Below, one piece after another: positions 34,763-45,952 of a DNA stretch of 64,000 bases; position 1 is the first letter of the stretch, and every line of letters begins with the position of its first letter. Both the position numbers and the translations under genes were made by a program. This DNA is from Phyllobates terribilis (taxonomy: Eukaryota): assembly GCF_046119375.1 (NCBI RefSeq), contig NW_027362763.1, forward strand, positions 807,984,001-808,048,000, given 5' to 3'. The notes beneath the pieces were generated by a model. It did not search any database. It was given only the letters and a program-made list of their open reading frames with translations, and was not told the DNA's origin.

Positions 34763-36417
34763 AAGCTCTTCTCCTCGTCCAAGCGCAACTACTCCATAGG
34801 AGGTCGTGAGCTGCTGCCCATCAAATTAGCACTGGAGGAGTGGCGCTACTTGCTGGAGGGGGCTCTGCATCCGATGGTCATCTATACTGATCACAAAAAC
34901 CTCGCTTATTTGCAGAACGCCCAAAGATTAAATCCACGTCAGGCCAGGTGGTCTCTATTCTTTGCTCGATTCTGGTTCACTCTGCATTACCGCCCAGCGG
35001 ACAAGAACATTAAAGCTGATGCTCTATCCCGCTCATTCCTGTCTTCCGACCAAGAGGAGGAGCCTCTACATATCATTGACACTTCCAAAGTACTGACTGT
35101 GGCTCCGTTTGACCTGTCTCATCTTCCACCTGGTAAGACCTTTTTAGCGGTTCCGGATCATAAGAAGGTTCTACTCTGGGGCCATTCATCCAAACTAGCC
35201 GGTCATGCTGGCCAGAGGAAGACCTTTCTGCTCATCGCCCTACATTACTGGTGGCCTTCCCTGCGCAAGGATGTTGTGGACTTTGTCGCGGCTTGTTCCT
35301 CCTGTGCCCATAACAAGGTTCCCAGGCACCTTACATCCGGCCGTCTCCTTCCTCTCCACCGTGCCTACCGCTCCATGGCAACACATTGCAATAGACTTCA
35401 TTACGGATCTCCCTGTTTCTGCCGCTTGTACTGTCATTTGGGTGGTCGCTGACCGCTTTTCTAAAATGGCCCACTTCATCCCTCTGCTTGGTCTTCTGTC
35501 TGCATCTGTGCTGGCTAAGGACTTCATCCATCACATCTTTCGTCTTCACGGCCTACCCCTCCACATTCTGTCTGATCGCGGGGTTCAGTTCACTTTGCGC
35601 TTCTGGAGAGCTACGTGTAAGCTGCTGGATGTCTCCTTGGATTTCTCCTCTGCTTATCATCCTCAATCAAATGGTCAAGTGGAATGTATCAACCAGGTCC
35701 TTACCAGCTTTCTTCGGCACTTTGTCAACCCTCACCATAACGATTGGGTTGAGCTCCTGCCCTGGGCCGAGTTCTCCTATAACAACCATGAGAGCGAGTC
35801 TTTTTCTAAATCCCCGTTCTTTGTGGTCTACGGGGATTCCCGATTCCTCTTCAGTAGACAATCCTGCCGCGGAGTCTCTGGTCAGCGAATTTTCGGCTAT
35901 TTAGGAAGACATTAGATTCTTCAGTCCTCTGAGTGGATGAAGAAGCATGCTGATAAGAGACGTCTGGATTCGCCTCATTTCCGTCCGGGAGACAAGATCT
36001 GGCTTTCATCCAAATATGTTTGTCTCAAGATACCTTCCTATAAGTTGGGTCCGCTGTTCATCGGTCCGTTCGAGGTTCTGAACCAGATCAATCCCGTGGC
36101 TTACAAGCTGAAACTCCCAGTCACCTTACGGATTCCCAACTACTTTCATGTATCCCTCCTCAAACCTGTTGTCCTTAATTCTTTCTCTGCCGATCCAGAT
36201 ACCGCTCCAGCTCCAGTCTCTGCTGAGGACGTCTTTGAGGTAGAAAACATTTTGGCCACCAAGAGGATAAGAGGAAAGACTTTCTTTCTTGTGGATTGGA
36301 AGGGGTTTGGCCCTGAGGAGAGGTCTTGGGAACCCAGGGAGAACATTCATGCCCCTCATCTTCTTAAAAAATTTCTTGCGGGCCTAAAGAAGAGGGGGCG
36401 TAAAGGGGGGGGGGTAC

Positions 36418-37192
36418 TGTAGCATCGGCGTCTCTGCCTCCTGCCGGGCAGAGATGCCATTCCCCTCACCGCCGCGGTCCGGCATTTTCCCGCTCTCCCG
36501 CTGCTGTGGTGCAGCTGCCCGGGCACTGCGCTTAGGGCGCGCGCGTGCGCGCTCCCTCCCTCTTAAAAATGGAGATGCCTGTGCAAGGTTGTTGTTCCGT
36601 GTGCTAAACACTTGCTCCAGCCCTCAGGTCCCGCTGCCTGTCAGTCCTGCCTGCCAGTCTGTCTGTCAGTCCAGCCCGCCAGCCTGTCTAACAGTTCTGT
36701 CCTCCAGTCTGTCTACAGTTGTGCCCACCAGCCTGCTTACCTGGCGCACCTGTCTGTAACTTGCCATGCCCGCCAGTCTGCCTACCTGGAGTACCTGCCT
36801 GTTACCTGTCGTGCCCACCCACCAGCCTACCTGGAGCACCTGCCTGTTACCTGTCATGCCCACCAGCCAGTCTACCCGGAGCACCTGCCAGTAACCTGCC
36901 GTGCCTGCCTGCTCGCCTACCCGGAGCACCCGTCTGGCTATCTGCCGGACCAGCCTGCTTGTCTACCCGGTCCTGCCGTGCTCATCCGCTGTACCGGTCA
37001 GTTCCTGCCATCTGACCCATGGGAGTCACCTACTCTCACACAGTCGGTCCCAGAGTGGCACCTAGTCCACCTGCCCGGTCCCTCCCTGGTTCACGTAGTC
37101 GACTAAGCCGCCGTGTGTCCTTGGTCGGGCCGTGTAGGCACTTAGTCACGCCCCTCTGGTCCCTCCTTGTACCGAAGTACAGAGGTTCCACA
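36418..37192 (+). repeat. Chromovirus 3' LTR
   Basis: Follows the PPT; homologous to the 5' LTR but lacks the TATA-containing block and 16 subterminal bp. Confidence 0.9.
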
Positions 37193-37803
37193 CTTTAGCA
37201 TCCCTGTGGGTGCAGCCGACGCCCACCTTCTACCTGGGTATCAATTGGAGAGGGAGTGTGGACCTCATGAGGGTCACCAAACTCGCTGAGTTTATTAATC
37301 TAGTCATTTGCAGGCCATTCACTTTTACAGGACAAGTTTGGGGCCCCTTGCCAGGTGCAGTCCACACTGCAAGCTGGATATGCGTAGAATGAACACCGGC
37401 GTCCCATGCTATAGTCCATATGCACGGTGGTCAGGGGACAATGGGCAGCTATATGACCTGGGCTGTGACATCTCCAGCAAATGACATCCCCCGATGAGGC
37501 CCTTGGCATGACCTCAGCTGCCCTCTTGAACTTTGGATGCCCTACCCCCCTCTTAACTTCCTTTCCTCAGTGTGTAATGGGTTGTCTCCCCACAGACCCG
37601 TTGACCCCCTGATACCTTTCGACCAATCTGATCAAGTCATTGGCGTTCCGTGAATCTCTCTGGGCAACCCAAGTCTATTACAACTCGCTCCACCATCTGC
37701 GCTAGTGTAGAGGACTCTGGCTGTAACCACATTTGGATGAGGTGCAGCAGATCAAGCACTTGGGAGCGAGGGAGTTTGTCACGGTGATATGCCCAGCGGT
37801 GGA

Positions 37804-38418
37804 CTAGGTGTGCCTGACAGACATTTTCATCCCAAAGAGTGCCAAAATTTCTGTTTTCAATTTTTCATATTCTTTGGCGTCCTGTAAGGCTAAATCATAG
37901 TAGGCTTTTTGTGGCTTCCTCGTTAAGTATGGCACCAAGACTTCTGCCCACTGCTCTGGCAGGAATTTCTCCCTATCGTTGAACCTTTCAAAAATGGTTA
38001 GAAAGGTCTCTATGTCATCACCCGGTGTCATTTTCTGCAAGGCTCTCCTCGCTGCCTTCTGGACAGAGAAATCATTAGCTGACATTGGAGTTGGAGCAGC
38101 TGCCATGCCACGATCTGCCTTTTTGAGCAAATCAATCTGCTGCTTCTGTTGTCGACTCTGTTGCTGGTACTGTTGGAGCAGCTGCTGGTGCTGTTGCTGC
38201 TGCAGTTTTTGTTTAAGCAGCTTACTTGTCTCCTGTTGTGCCAGCTGTTGCTGTTTCAGCTGCTGCTGTTGGAGCTTCTGCTTCTTTTGTTGCTGCTGGA
38301 GCTGCTGCTGCTCCCGGTGCTGCTGCAGCTGTTGCTGGCTTTGGACCAGGTGCTTGATCAGTCTCTCCAATTTGTCTGACTGCTGTTCCATCCTAACAGC
38401 CGCCTTCACCCAGGACAT
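37804..38418 (-). pseudogene. G1 gag N-terminus (poly-Q stretch + SCAN-like capsid region)
   Basis: MSWVKAA..., Q-rich segment, LQKMTPGDDIETFLTIFER...WAEVLVPYL..KPQKAYYDL. Confidence 0.85.
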
Positions 38419-38465
38419 GCAGTCTGTCCACAGCTGTCACACTTGCTTCCCGTGGATCTTGCTCG

Positions 38466-38479
38466 CACTTCTAACACCA
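38466..38479 (-). promoter_or_regulatory. G1 primer-binding site (tRNA-Leu-like)
   Basis: Minus strand TGGTGTTAGAAGTG, one mismatch from the complement of the tRNA-Leu(CAA) 3' end, adjacent to the LTR remnant. Confidence 0.7.
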
Positions 38480-38776
38480 ACAGTAGTAGATCGGTTCCCT
38501 CAGCTGCATATAGAGGTAGACACAGGAACACTGTCTCTTAAATCTTCCACTGGGTTTATTAAGAGTGATCCGTAAACCACGGTAATGTTAGCAAGAACAA
38601 AACACGGCCTTCCCGGCCTAACAGGGAAAACAAAACATAGCATATGGCACAGTCCTTGTTGCTATGGACAACCGCCCACTTCAGGAACAAACAATCCAAT
38701 GTTTATCTTTCCTTCACATGACAAAACAGCTCAGAGCTTTCACCTCCAGGCCCAACCCACCCTAAATGATTCATTA

Positions 38777-38832
38777 TAATAATAATCTATTTATTTACAT
38801 AGCGCAAACATATCCCGCAGCGCTTTACAATT
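38777..38832 (-). mobile_element. L2-type LINE/SINE 3' tail
   Basis: Minus strand TGTAAAGCGCTGCGGGATATGTTTGCGCTATGTAAATAAA followed by (ATT)n. Confidence 0.6.
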
Positions 38833-38859
38833 CAGACAATTTACAGACATTCATTATTC

Positions 38860-38895
38860 ATTGAAAAAAGCCCAGGAGGGGCTGAAACGTCTGAT
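38860..38895 (+). ncRNA. Degenerate hammerhead-like motif, probable Penelope pseudo-LTR remnant
   Basis: TTGAAAA-A-AGCCC-AGGA(G)-GGGCT-GAAACGTC, followed by AATAAA at ~38918; core deviates from CUGANGA. Confidence 0.4.
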
Positions 38896-39147
38896 CACGT
38901 GTATGTTGAGACAGCAATAAACAGCTAATTATTTCACATGTGAGTGACGGGATCCTATTTGGTTTGATGGGAATTTATCCTCTGACCTCCTCCCTAAGAT
39001 GGCTAATTAACCCCTAATCATTTTGCGTGCTGGAACATTTTTCCTATGTTTAAATTACTGCAGCTAACAATCTCAGTGCTACATATCTCCCCTCCAGTAC
39101 TTTGCCAGTGACTTTATCACAATATATATGTATATATATGTGTATAT

Positions 39148-39618
39148 TGTGGTAGACTAAGGAACCGTGTTTTCTCTGCAGGCTTTATTATATGGCATAA
39201 AGCCCTGCAACTCCAGCAAAAATAAACTTGCGTTACAGGCAAAATGACAAAACAAAAGATAAATGAAAGCACAGTCCATATGTATGTGGAATGCGCCTAC
39301 ACAGGGTGTAGTCCCAGCCTTCAGCTCTGTCTTGAACTAAAGCTTTCCAAGTCTGGAGACCTTGCCTCTCCAGACCACAACACAGAAAAAAAAACAGGAC
39401 TGAACATTTAAACCATGCTCAGCCACACCCTGAGGGGAGGTATGGTGAGTGACGTCCCTCCCATCTCTATGTCATTCACATAAAACTACACCCTTTAAGA
39501 GAGTTAACTCCCAGCATATAACATGCTGGCAGAAATTAAGTAGGTCTCAGTTCACACAGGAGATCAACCTGAGTGACACATGCCTCCCCTCATATATCAC
39601 ACCAGTGACTCTGTCACA
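39148..39618 (-). repeat. G2 3' LTR
   Basis: TG..CA ends; PPT GAGGGGGGAATA immediately upstream on the minus strand (39619-39631). Confidence 0.8.
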
Positions 39619-39639
39619 TATTCCCCCCCTCTGCCCAAA

Positions 39640-40976
39640 GCTGGAGGTTTGGGCACCTTCAGACACCAAGCAGGGAATTCTGGAGAGGGCATCAGCATTA
39701 GCATGTAACATCCCGGGTCTATGCTCCACGTGAAAATTAAAGTCTTGGAGACCAAAGAACCATTTGGTTACTCGGGCATACTTACCCTTCTTTCCCCTCA
39801 ACCATCTCAAATGGGCATGTTCTGACACCAATTTAAACTTTCGTCCAAGTAGATAGTATCTTAGTAAGCCCATGGCCCATTTTATGGCTAAGCATTCTTT
39901 CTCCACAATGGCATGATTTTTCTCACAGGATGAGAGCTTTTGGCTCATATACAGGATGTGATGCTCTTCCCCATTTATCTCCTGCGACAGCACAGCTCCT
40001 AGGCTTCTGAGGAGTCTGTCTGGATCACAAACTCTTTAGTAAAGTCTGGTGCGACCAGGACCGTCTGCTTAGAGAGCGCCAGATTCAGCTGTTGGAATGC
40101 CATCTCAGTTTCAACCGTCCCTTTCACCATCGTTGATTTTGTGCCTTTCAGAGGGTCCTTCAGTGGTGCGTCATTCATGGCAAAATTTGGGTAATATCCC
40201 ACGATTTCAAGAAACACTCTCACCTGCTTCTTGGAGAGCGGTTGCTGCCAGTTCTGAATTGCCTCGATCTTATTGACCTGTGGCTTAATTTTGCCTCTCC
40301 CGACAACATAGCCTAAGTACTTGGCCTCCTTCTTTCCAGTGGCACATTTTCTCAGATTTATCATAAATCCTGCCTTCCTTATAGCATCCAGAATCGCCTG
40401 TACCTTTGGCAAATGACTAGCCCAGTCTGGGCTAAAGATGACAATGTCATCAAGGTAGGCTGTGGCATACTTCGTATGTGGGCTGAGGATCCAATCCACG
40501 GCCCTCTGGAAGGTGGCTGGTGTCCCCTGCAATCCGAAAGGCATTCGGGTGTACTGGAAGCACCCATCAGGTGTTGAGAAACTGTTTTCTCCTTGGCCCT
40601 CTGGCACGTGGGGATCTGCCAGTAGCCCTTCGTCAAGTCGAGGGTGGTAATATATCTCGCAGGTCCAAGCCTCTCGATGAGTTCATCGATGTGGGGCATC
40701 AGGTATGCGTCACAGTTGGATACCTCATTCAGCCTGCAGTAGTCATTACAAAATCTCCACTCCCTGTCGAGCTTTGGCATGAGAACGATGGGACTCTACC
40801 ATCCGCTCTTTGATTTCTCTATCACACCGAAGTCCAGCATCCTCTTCACCTTGGCTGAGATTACCTCTCGGTGGGCTTCAGGGATCCTATAGGGTTTCAG
40901 GTTTACCCTAACATGTGCTTCCGTCAGCACGTCATGCTCGACCACCTGCGTACGCCCCGACAACTCCAAAAACAGG
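39640..40976 (-). pseudogene. G2 RT and RNase H
   Basis: WRFCNDY, TLDLTKGYWQI, MPFGLQG, YLDDIVIFS, FVIQTD, EKECLAIKW, HANADALSR; frameshifted. Confidence 0.9.
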
Positions 40977-41308
40977 TGTCACGCCAGGTGTGAATGCAAC
41001 ACAGAGTGTCATGCCAGGTATGAGTGCAACACAGAGAGGAAAGGGAAAGGGAGCCCAGACACTAGGGAAAGGGGGAAGAGGTGACCTCCTAATCTGGACT
41101 AGCATCACCCTGTCTCCCCCTATCGTCCCTATACAGCCTCCGCAGCTGTTGCTGATCACGTGCCTTGCCCTACTATGCCTGGCGTAAAGCTATAGCTGGG
41201 GTTGGAAGGTGATGAGTACTAGTCAACCTCCGCTAGCACTCTAAAGACAAAAGGGGAAGACAACACAGGGGAATAACAACTCAGCTCCAGAAGAACTCCA
41301 ACAGGACA

Positions 41309-42339
41309 TGTAAGGTGCCCCAGCGAGGTAGTCGTGGGAGAGCTGTAGCCCCCTCTCGCTCTGGCACCCTACAGACAATACGTGTCCTCCCTCTGATGTG
41401 TGGCTGTGTATGTGGGGCTCTCCACTTACTTCAAACAATCTGATCGCAGCTGTCTCCAGGCATTTCTCTTCTGGGACAAGGGCAGCAATAATTTCAGAGG
41501 ACACGAGGTTCTTAACCAGAACTTGAACTTTACTTGGGGAAGAGGAATATGTACAATATTTACAGGCAGATATAATGGATAAGGCCCGACAGGTTATCAT
41601 CTCTCTCACAGGCGCTGGCAACATCTTCAGCCCTGGTTCCCTCTTTGAGTGAAGCATCTCTGTGACTCTATCTCTAGCCCAAGAGACTCTTCTGTAATAC
41701 TAACAGTGATCTGGATACAATCTCTCCCCCACGTCTTAGCCTGGAGTCCTATTTATCTTCTTCTGCTTCCTGCAGACTAGAAGTGCCCCGGGTCCTCAAC
41801 ACTTCCTTTGAGTTTCTACGGCTGGCAAACAGGACTCTTGCTCTTGCGTAGGGAGACTTTTGCACTATTGATCCCACTGTCTGAGGGTATGGAGCTCCCG
41901 TCTACCCTAGCAGCCACATATATTCAGGCTGCCCGTAATGGTCACTGTCCTATCTCTAACTGAAGAATCACTTCCTGATTCTGGAAACTAAACAGAGATT
42001 TTCCTAATGTGCCCACCCTCAGTGAGCTGTCATCACACAGCATTAACTCATCACTGTCTGTAACACTGCTAGCAGACTCAACTTGACATCTGCACCCAGG
42101 ACAGTGGCATCTTGTGGCTGTTTACAGGTACTGCAGCCCACAAGGAATTATGCCAGGAACAAGCTCTATATCATTCAAGGCTTGATCAGGGCACTAAGTT
42201 CCCCCCTACTCTACTGACTGGACCACTACAGCTAACCCCTTAGCTTGGTCTACCAACAGTTCAGAGAGGTCGACTTCAGGAACACTTCCTTTAACTATCT
42301 CAGTGCCAAGGGAAGGCTACGCCCTTCCCCACTATTACA
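41309..42339 (-). repeat. 3' LTR of the CSD element (1031 bp)
   Basis: Matches 44921-45952. Confidence 0.95.
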
Positions 42340-43076
42340 TTCCCCGACACTTTAATGTTGTTCGTCCCCGACCACACTAAACAATCAACACAGATCAGCA
42401 GCTATGACATTATATCATATTACTAAATTTGCTAAAACATTTTAGTAAACGACTGGTCCTGAAAAATGTCTTCTTGAATGGGAGACCGGCCCTTCTCGGT
42501 TAAGGGCCCCAGAACAGTAGCTCAGGACAGTCCATTATCAACTTTTCAAAACTTTCTCAGGAGTACCGGTCCTTCTTGGTAAGGATCCTGGAAACACAGT
42601 GTCCAAGTCCATATTTTTAAGACAGGCCAACACCTCAATAGCCCCCAATCTCCTTCAAGGGCTGCATTCTGAGGCACACAGTCACAGGTAACACCCCGTG
42701 AGTCTCTTTCTTCTTGGCCCTAGCGGGGGTCACCGGTTCTGTCCGCTAGGCTGCAAGTCTCTTAGATTTGGAGGATATCCATCCTCAAGGTGTGCCTCAG
42801 CGTTTTAAATTCCAGCAGAAAAAGGCGCAACAAGCGCAACAAAAATAAAAATAAAAAGTTAAAACAAAAAAGAGCAGCTCTCCTGGGCACACAACTTTAG
42901 TGCTGCTTAAGGCCTTTCTGGCCTGGGAGGTAGGGGAACAGTCCTCCATTTTTCTCTACAATCTAATTCAACATGGGGCACTCCGCCCCCATTGGGAAAC
43001 AGTCTCAGAATCAGGACCTCAGCTGGTGGGTCCTAGTAGAAGAAAAGGTGAAAGGTCAACGGACCTTTTAGCCAGC

Positions 43077-44819
43077 TCACTTCTTCCGGGCCTCCTTCCG
43101 TTCCTTCATGAAGGCGGCCCATGCTGCAGAGGAAGGTGGCTTCTTCCACCTCCAAGGCTGATCGGGGTACTTAGTAGGCCCAGGATCCTCGTCCGAGGAT
43201 GTAGCACTGCCACAGCCAACCTGGGTAGGGACGTAGCTGGTTACTGTAAAGCTGTGGACGACATTACTGGTGCCAGCTTGAATTTCCCCGACAGCTCTCT
43301 CAGTCCCTCCTGGGTACTGTGGCGCCGACTCCTCACTAGTGAAATCAGCTTTCTTGCCACTTGTGAGATCTTCATCTTCCTCGCTCACAATCTCCCCCCA
43401 CTGCCGCCTCCTAGGCTCCTCTGCTGGCGGAGCACTGGCCTTAGGTGGGGGCAGAAAGCCTTTAGGGGCTTCCTTAGCCCAGCACTGCTTAGCCTCCCTC
43501 TTGGCCCTCCTTCTGAAGACCTCTTCGTCCTTTTCCAGGACATCTTTCCATTCATACGGTCGGGTGAGCGCAGCCGCGTACCACCCTCCAGAACACTCGC
43601 ACTTAACGAAGTGCACTATGTCCCCCACACGCAGATTGTGAAGTTGATCAGGCAGATAATCTTGCTTAATTACCTCGCAAGTAACGAACACCTCGTGTCC
43701 GGTCCACTCTTCCTCCAGAAATCCTTACCCCTCACAGATGTGGAACTCAAGGACTCGTCCCCGAGTCTGGGAGTCCTCCACCGACTCTCTCCGCGCCGCG
43801 TTGGACCCTTCCAGCCAGCCTCTGAGGAAAGTGTCGGTCCATCGCCGCTGCTCTCGTGGCGTCATCGGGGGGTTATCGGTAGTCCACCTCAGACTCCCGA
43901 GCTCGGCGTAACGTTTCGCTGAAGGGATGTCGATGGCCTCCACAGCCAGCTGCCAGAAACTCTCTTGCGGGGCCCTCTTCCCGGGAGGCCTCGCCTCCGC
44001 CTCCGCACCACCCCCTTCAGGCCTAGGGGCCCCTGTCTCAGTGGAAGCTGTCGCGGCAGGCGCCGCAGGCGAAACCGGCCGCTGGGGTATAGGCTGCTCA
44101 CCTCCGTCAGGCTCCGCTGCAGCTGTTGCTCCGGCCCCACCAGAATGTTCTCCATCCTCAGCCGAGGGGGACGGGTCTTCCGGCATCCGGCTCCAGCACC
44201 ACATGCAGAACTCATGGATAAGCAGGCCCAGCTCCGGATCAGGCCTAGTGGACCACTGGACAGCCACTGGGGGTAAAAACTCATGGGCGGCACCCGCGAG
44301 CGAGCGACTCTCGCTTGCAGCCCCTGGGGTACTCAGATCTAGCATCTCTTCCTTAGCGCGCATTCCGGACAGGTCATCCGATCCTCTGGTCGCCATTCTC
44401 TTGGAGCGTCCACCGCAGCACCTCCTTCCTCTCGTGTGCTGGACAGAAAATGGCGCTGGTCGAATACCAGTGACGCCCGTCCTGTGCGTCCAACTCCTCC
44501 TCTTCCTGGGCTGGCTTTCTGATGCGACCGCCGCGTCACACGTCACTCTCGGCAGCTCCGACTTCAGCCGCTCCCCTTCTCTCTGCGCGCTGATACTCAC
44601 GGGGCCGGACTTCACTTTACACCGCGCCCTCTTCCTCACTGGACGTCCCATCCTGGGACGCATCTTCACTGCTGGGCCCATCCTTCTTTGGGCCGGAACT
44701 CGTAGGGGCTGGACATCTTTTCGCGCTCTCCGGCGCCGTCCACTCCCATGATAGGCAGTTCTTCTCCCAGACTTTACCGCCATTGTCACCATCTTGGAAT
44801 CCATGCTTCGGGCCGCCAT
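43077..44819 (-). pseudogene. ~580-codon ORF with a cold-shock domain (43560-43766) and one in-frame TAA (43725-27)
   Basis: ORFs 43725-45269 and 43077-43691 are the same frame. Across the stop: TRGRVLEFHICEG*GFLEEEWTGHEVFVTCEVIKQDYLPDQLHNLRVGDIVHFVKCECSGGWYAAALTR, which aligns by eye with CspA/YB-1 (RNP1 G-x-GF, RNP2 VFV). Start codon uncertain. Confidence 0.78.
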
Positions 44820-44900
44820 CTTGGGCCGAATGCCTTCCAACACTTTCTCCTCAGTGTTCTGCGTCGGCTCTTCCCTGCTTTCTTCATGCGAGGAGCTCGC

Positions 44901-44918
44901 ATCCTGCCGACTACGCCA
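44901..44918 (-). promoter_or_regulatory. Primer-binding site complementary to the tRNA-Ser 3' end
   Basis: Minus strand TGGCGTAGTCGGCAGGAT, 2 nt from the LTR end; 18/18 match to vertebrate tRNA-Ser(AGA/TGA)+CCA as I recall it. Confidence 0.88.
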
Positions 44919-44920
44919 AA

Positions 44921-45952
44921 TGTAAGGTGCCCCAGCGAGGTAGTCGTGGGTGAGCAGTAGCCCCCTCTCGCTCTGGCACCCTACAGACAATACGTGTCCT
45001 CCCTCTGATGTGTGGCTGTGTATGTGGGGCTCTCCACTTACTTCAAACGATCCGATCGCAGCTGTCTCCAGGCATTTCTCTTCTGGGACCAGGGCAGCAA
45101 TAAATTCAGAGGACACGAGGTTCTTAACCAGAACTTGAACTTTACTTGGGGAAGAGGAATATGTACAATATTTACAGGCAGATATAATGGATAAGGCCCG
45201 ACAGGTTATCATCTCTCTCACAGGCGCTGGCAACATCTTCAGCCCTGGTTCCCTCTTTGAGTGAAGCATCTCTGTGACTCTATCTCTAGCCCAAGAGACT
45301 CTTCTGTAATACTAACCGTGATCTGGATCCAATATCTCCCCCATGTCTTAGCCTGGAGTCCTATTTATCTTCTTCTGCTTCCTGCAGACTAGAAGTGCCC
45401 CGAGTCCTCAACACTTCCTTTGAGTTTCTCCAGCCGGCTAACAGGACTCTTGCTCTTGCGTAGGGAGACTTTTGCACTATTGATCCCACTGTCTGAGGGT
45501 ATGGAGCTCCCGTCTACCCTAGCAGCCACATATATTCAGGCTGCCCGTAATGGTCACTGTCCTATCTCTAACTGAAGAATCACTTCCTGATTCTGGAAAC
45601 TAAACAGAGATTTTCCTAATGTGCCCACCCTCAGTGAGCTGTCATCACACAGCATTAACTCATCACTGTCTGTAACACTGCTAGCAGACTCAACTTGACA
45701 TCTGCACCCAGGACAGTGGCATCTTGTGGCTGTTTACAGGTACTGCAGCCCACAAGGAATTATGCCAGGAACAAGCTCTATATCACTCAAGGCTTGATCA
45801 GGGCACTAAGTTCCCCCTCTACTCTACTGACTGGACCACTACAGCTAACCCCTTAGCTTGGTCTACCAACAGTTCAGAGAGGTCGACTTCAGGAACACTT
45901 CCTTTAACTATCTCAGTGCCAAGGGAAGGCTACGCCCTTCCCCACTATTACA
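44921..45952 (-). repeat. 5' LTR of the CSD element (1032 bp)
   Basis: Directly precedes the PBS on the minus strand. Confidence 0.95.

Larger units (their letters stand above)
29015..36400 (+). pseudogene. Chromovirus pol (PR-RT-RH-IN-chromodomain), frameshifted, split by CR1
   Basis: HLDLGAAGNLI; FFVKKKDGSLRPC, KTAFNT, YLDDILVFS; RNase H FFSK-LFSSSKRNY across the CR1 site; HYWWPSL, WQHIAIDFITDL, SDRGVQF; chromodomain FEVENILA...LVDWKGFGPEERSWEP. Confidence 0.92.
24000..37192 (+). mobile_element. Ty3/Gypsy chromovirus (sushi-like) with two LTRs, decayed, hosting piggyBac-like and CR1 insertions
   Basis: TG..CA LTRs at 24000-24845 and 36418-37192; 5-bp TSD CTTTA (23995-99, 37193-97); PPT at 36391-36417; gag-PR-RT-RH-IN-chromodomain remnants. 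Confidence 0.93.
22600..38775 (-). mobile_element. Gmr1-like Ty3/Gypsy element G1, decayed, split by the chromovirus at 24000-37192
   Basis: Minus-strand order: partial LTR (~38482-38775), PBS, gag (37804-38418), zinc knuckle CWRCHSPGHIAAHC, protease rejoining across the TSD (RDAK-DYPMAR), integrase zinc finger HVLGGHL with the core deleted, then RT (YLDDIVIFS, ~22630-22960). Confidence 0.82.
41309..45952 (-). mobile_element. Non-autonomous two-LTR retroelement with a tRNA-Ser PBS and a cold-shock-domain ORF; no recognisable gag/pol
   Basis: LTRs 41309-42339 and 44921-45952 (TG..CA, ~98% identical by eye); 4-bp TSD GACA (41305-08, 45953-56); PBS 44901-18; internal region 2.58 kb. Confidence 0.93.

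Noticed and set aside
42900-44751. Long plus-strand ORFs (340 and 274 aa) antisense to the CSD ORF
   Set aside because: GC-rich shadow frames with no recognisable motifs; the PBS orientation and the CSD support the minus strand.
44901-44918. tRNA-Ser gene
   Set aside because: Only the 18-nt 3' end including CCA is present, next to an LTR: a PBS, not a gene.
43725-45269. 514-aa ORF starting inside the 5' LTR
   Set aside because: The first ~150 codons are LTR/PBS sequence with a non-ATG start; the plausible start is at or after 44819.
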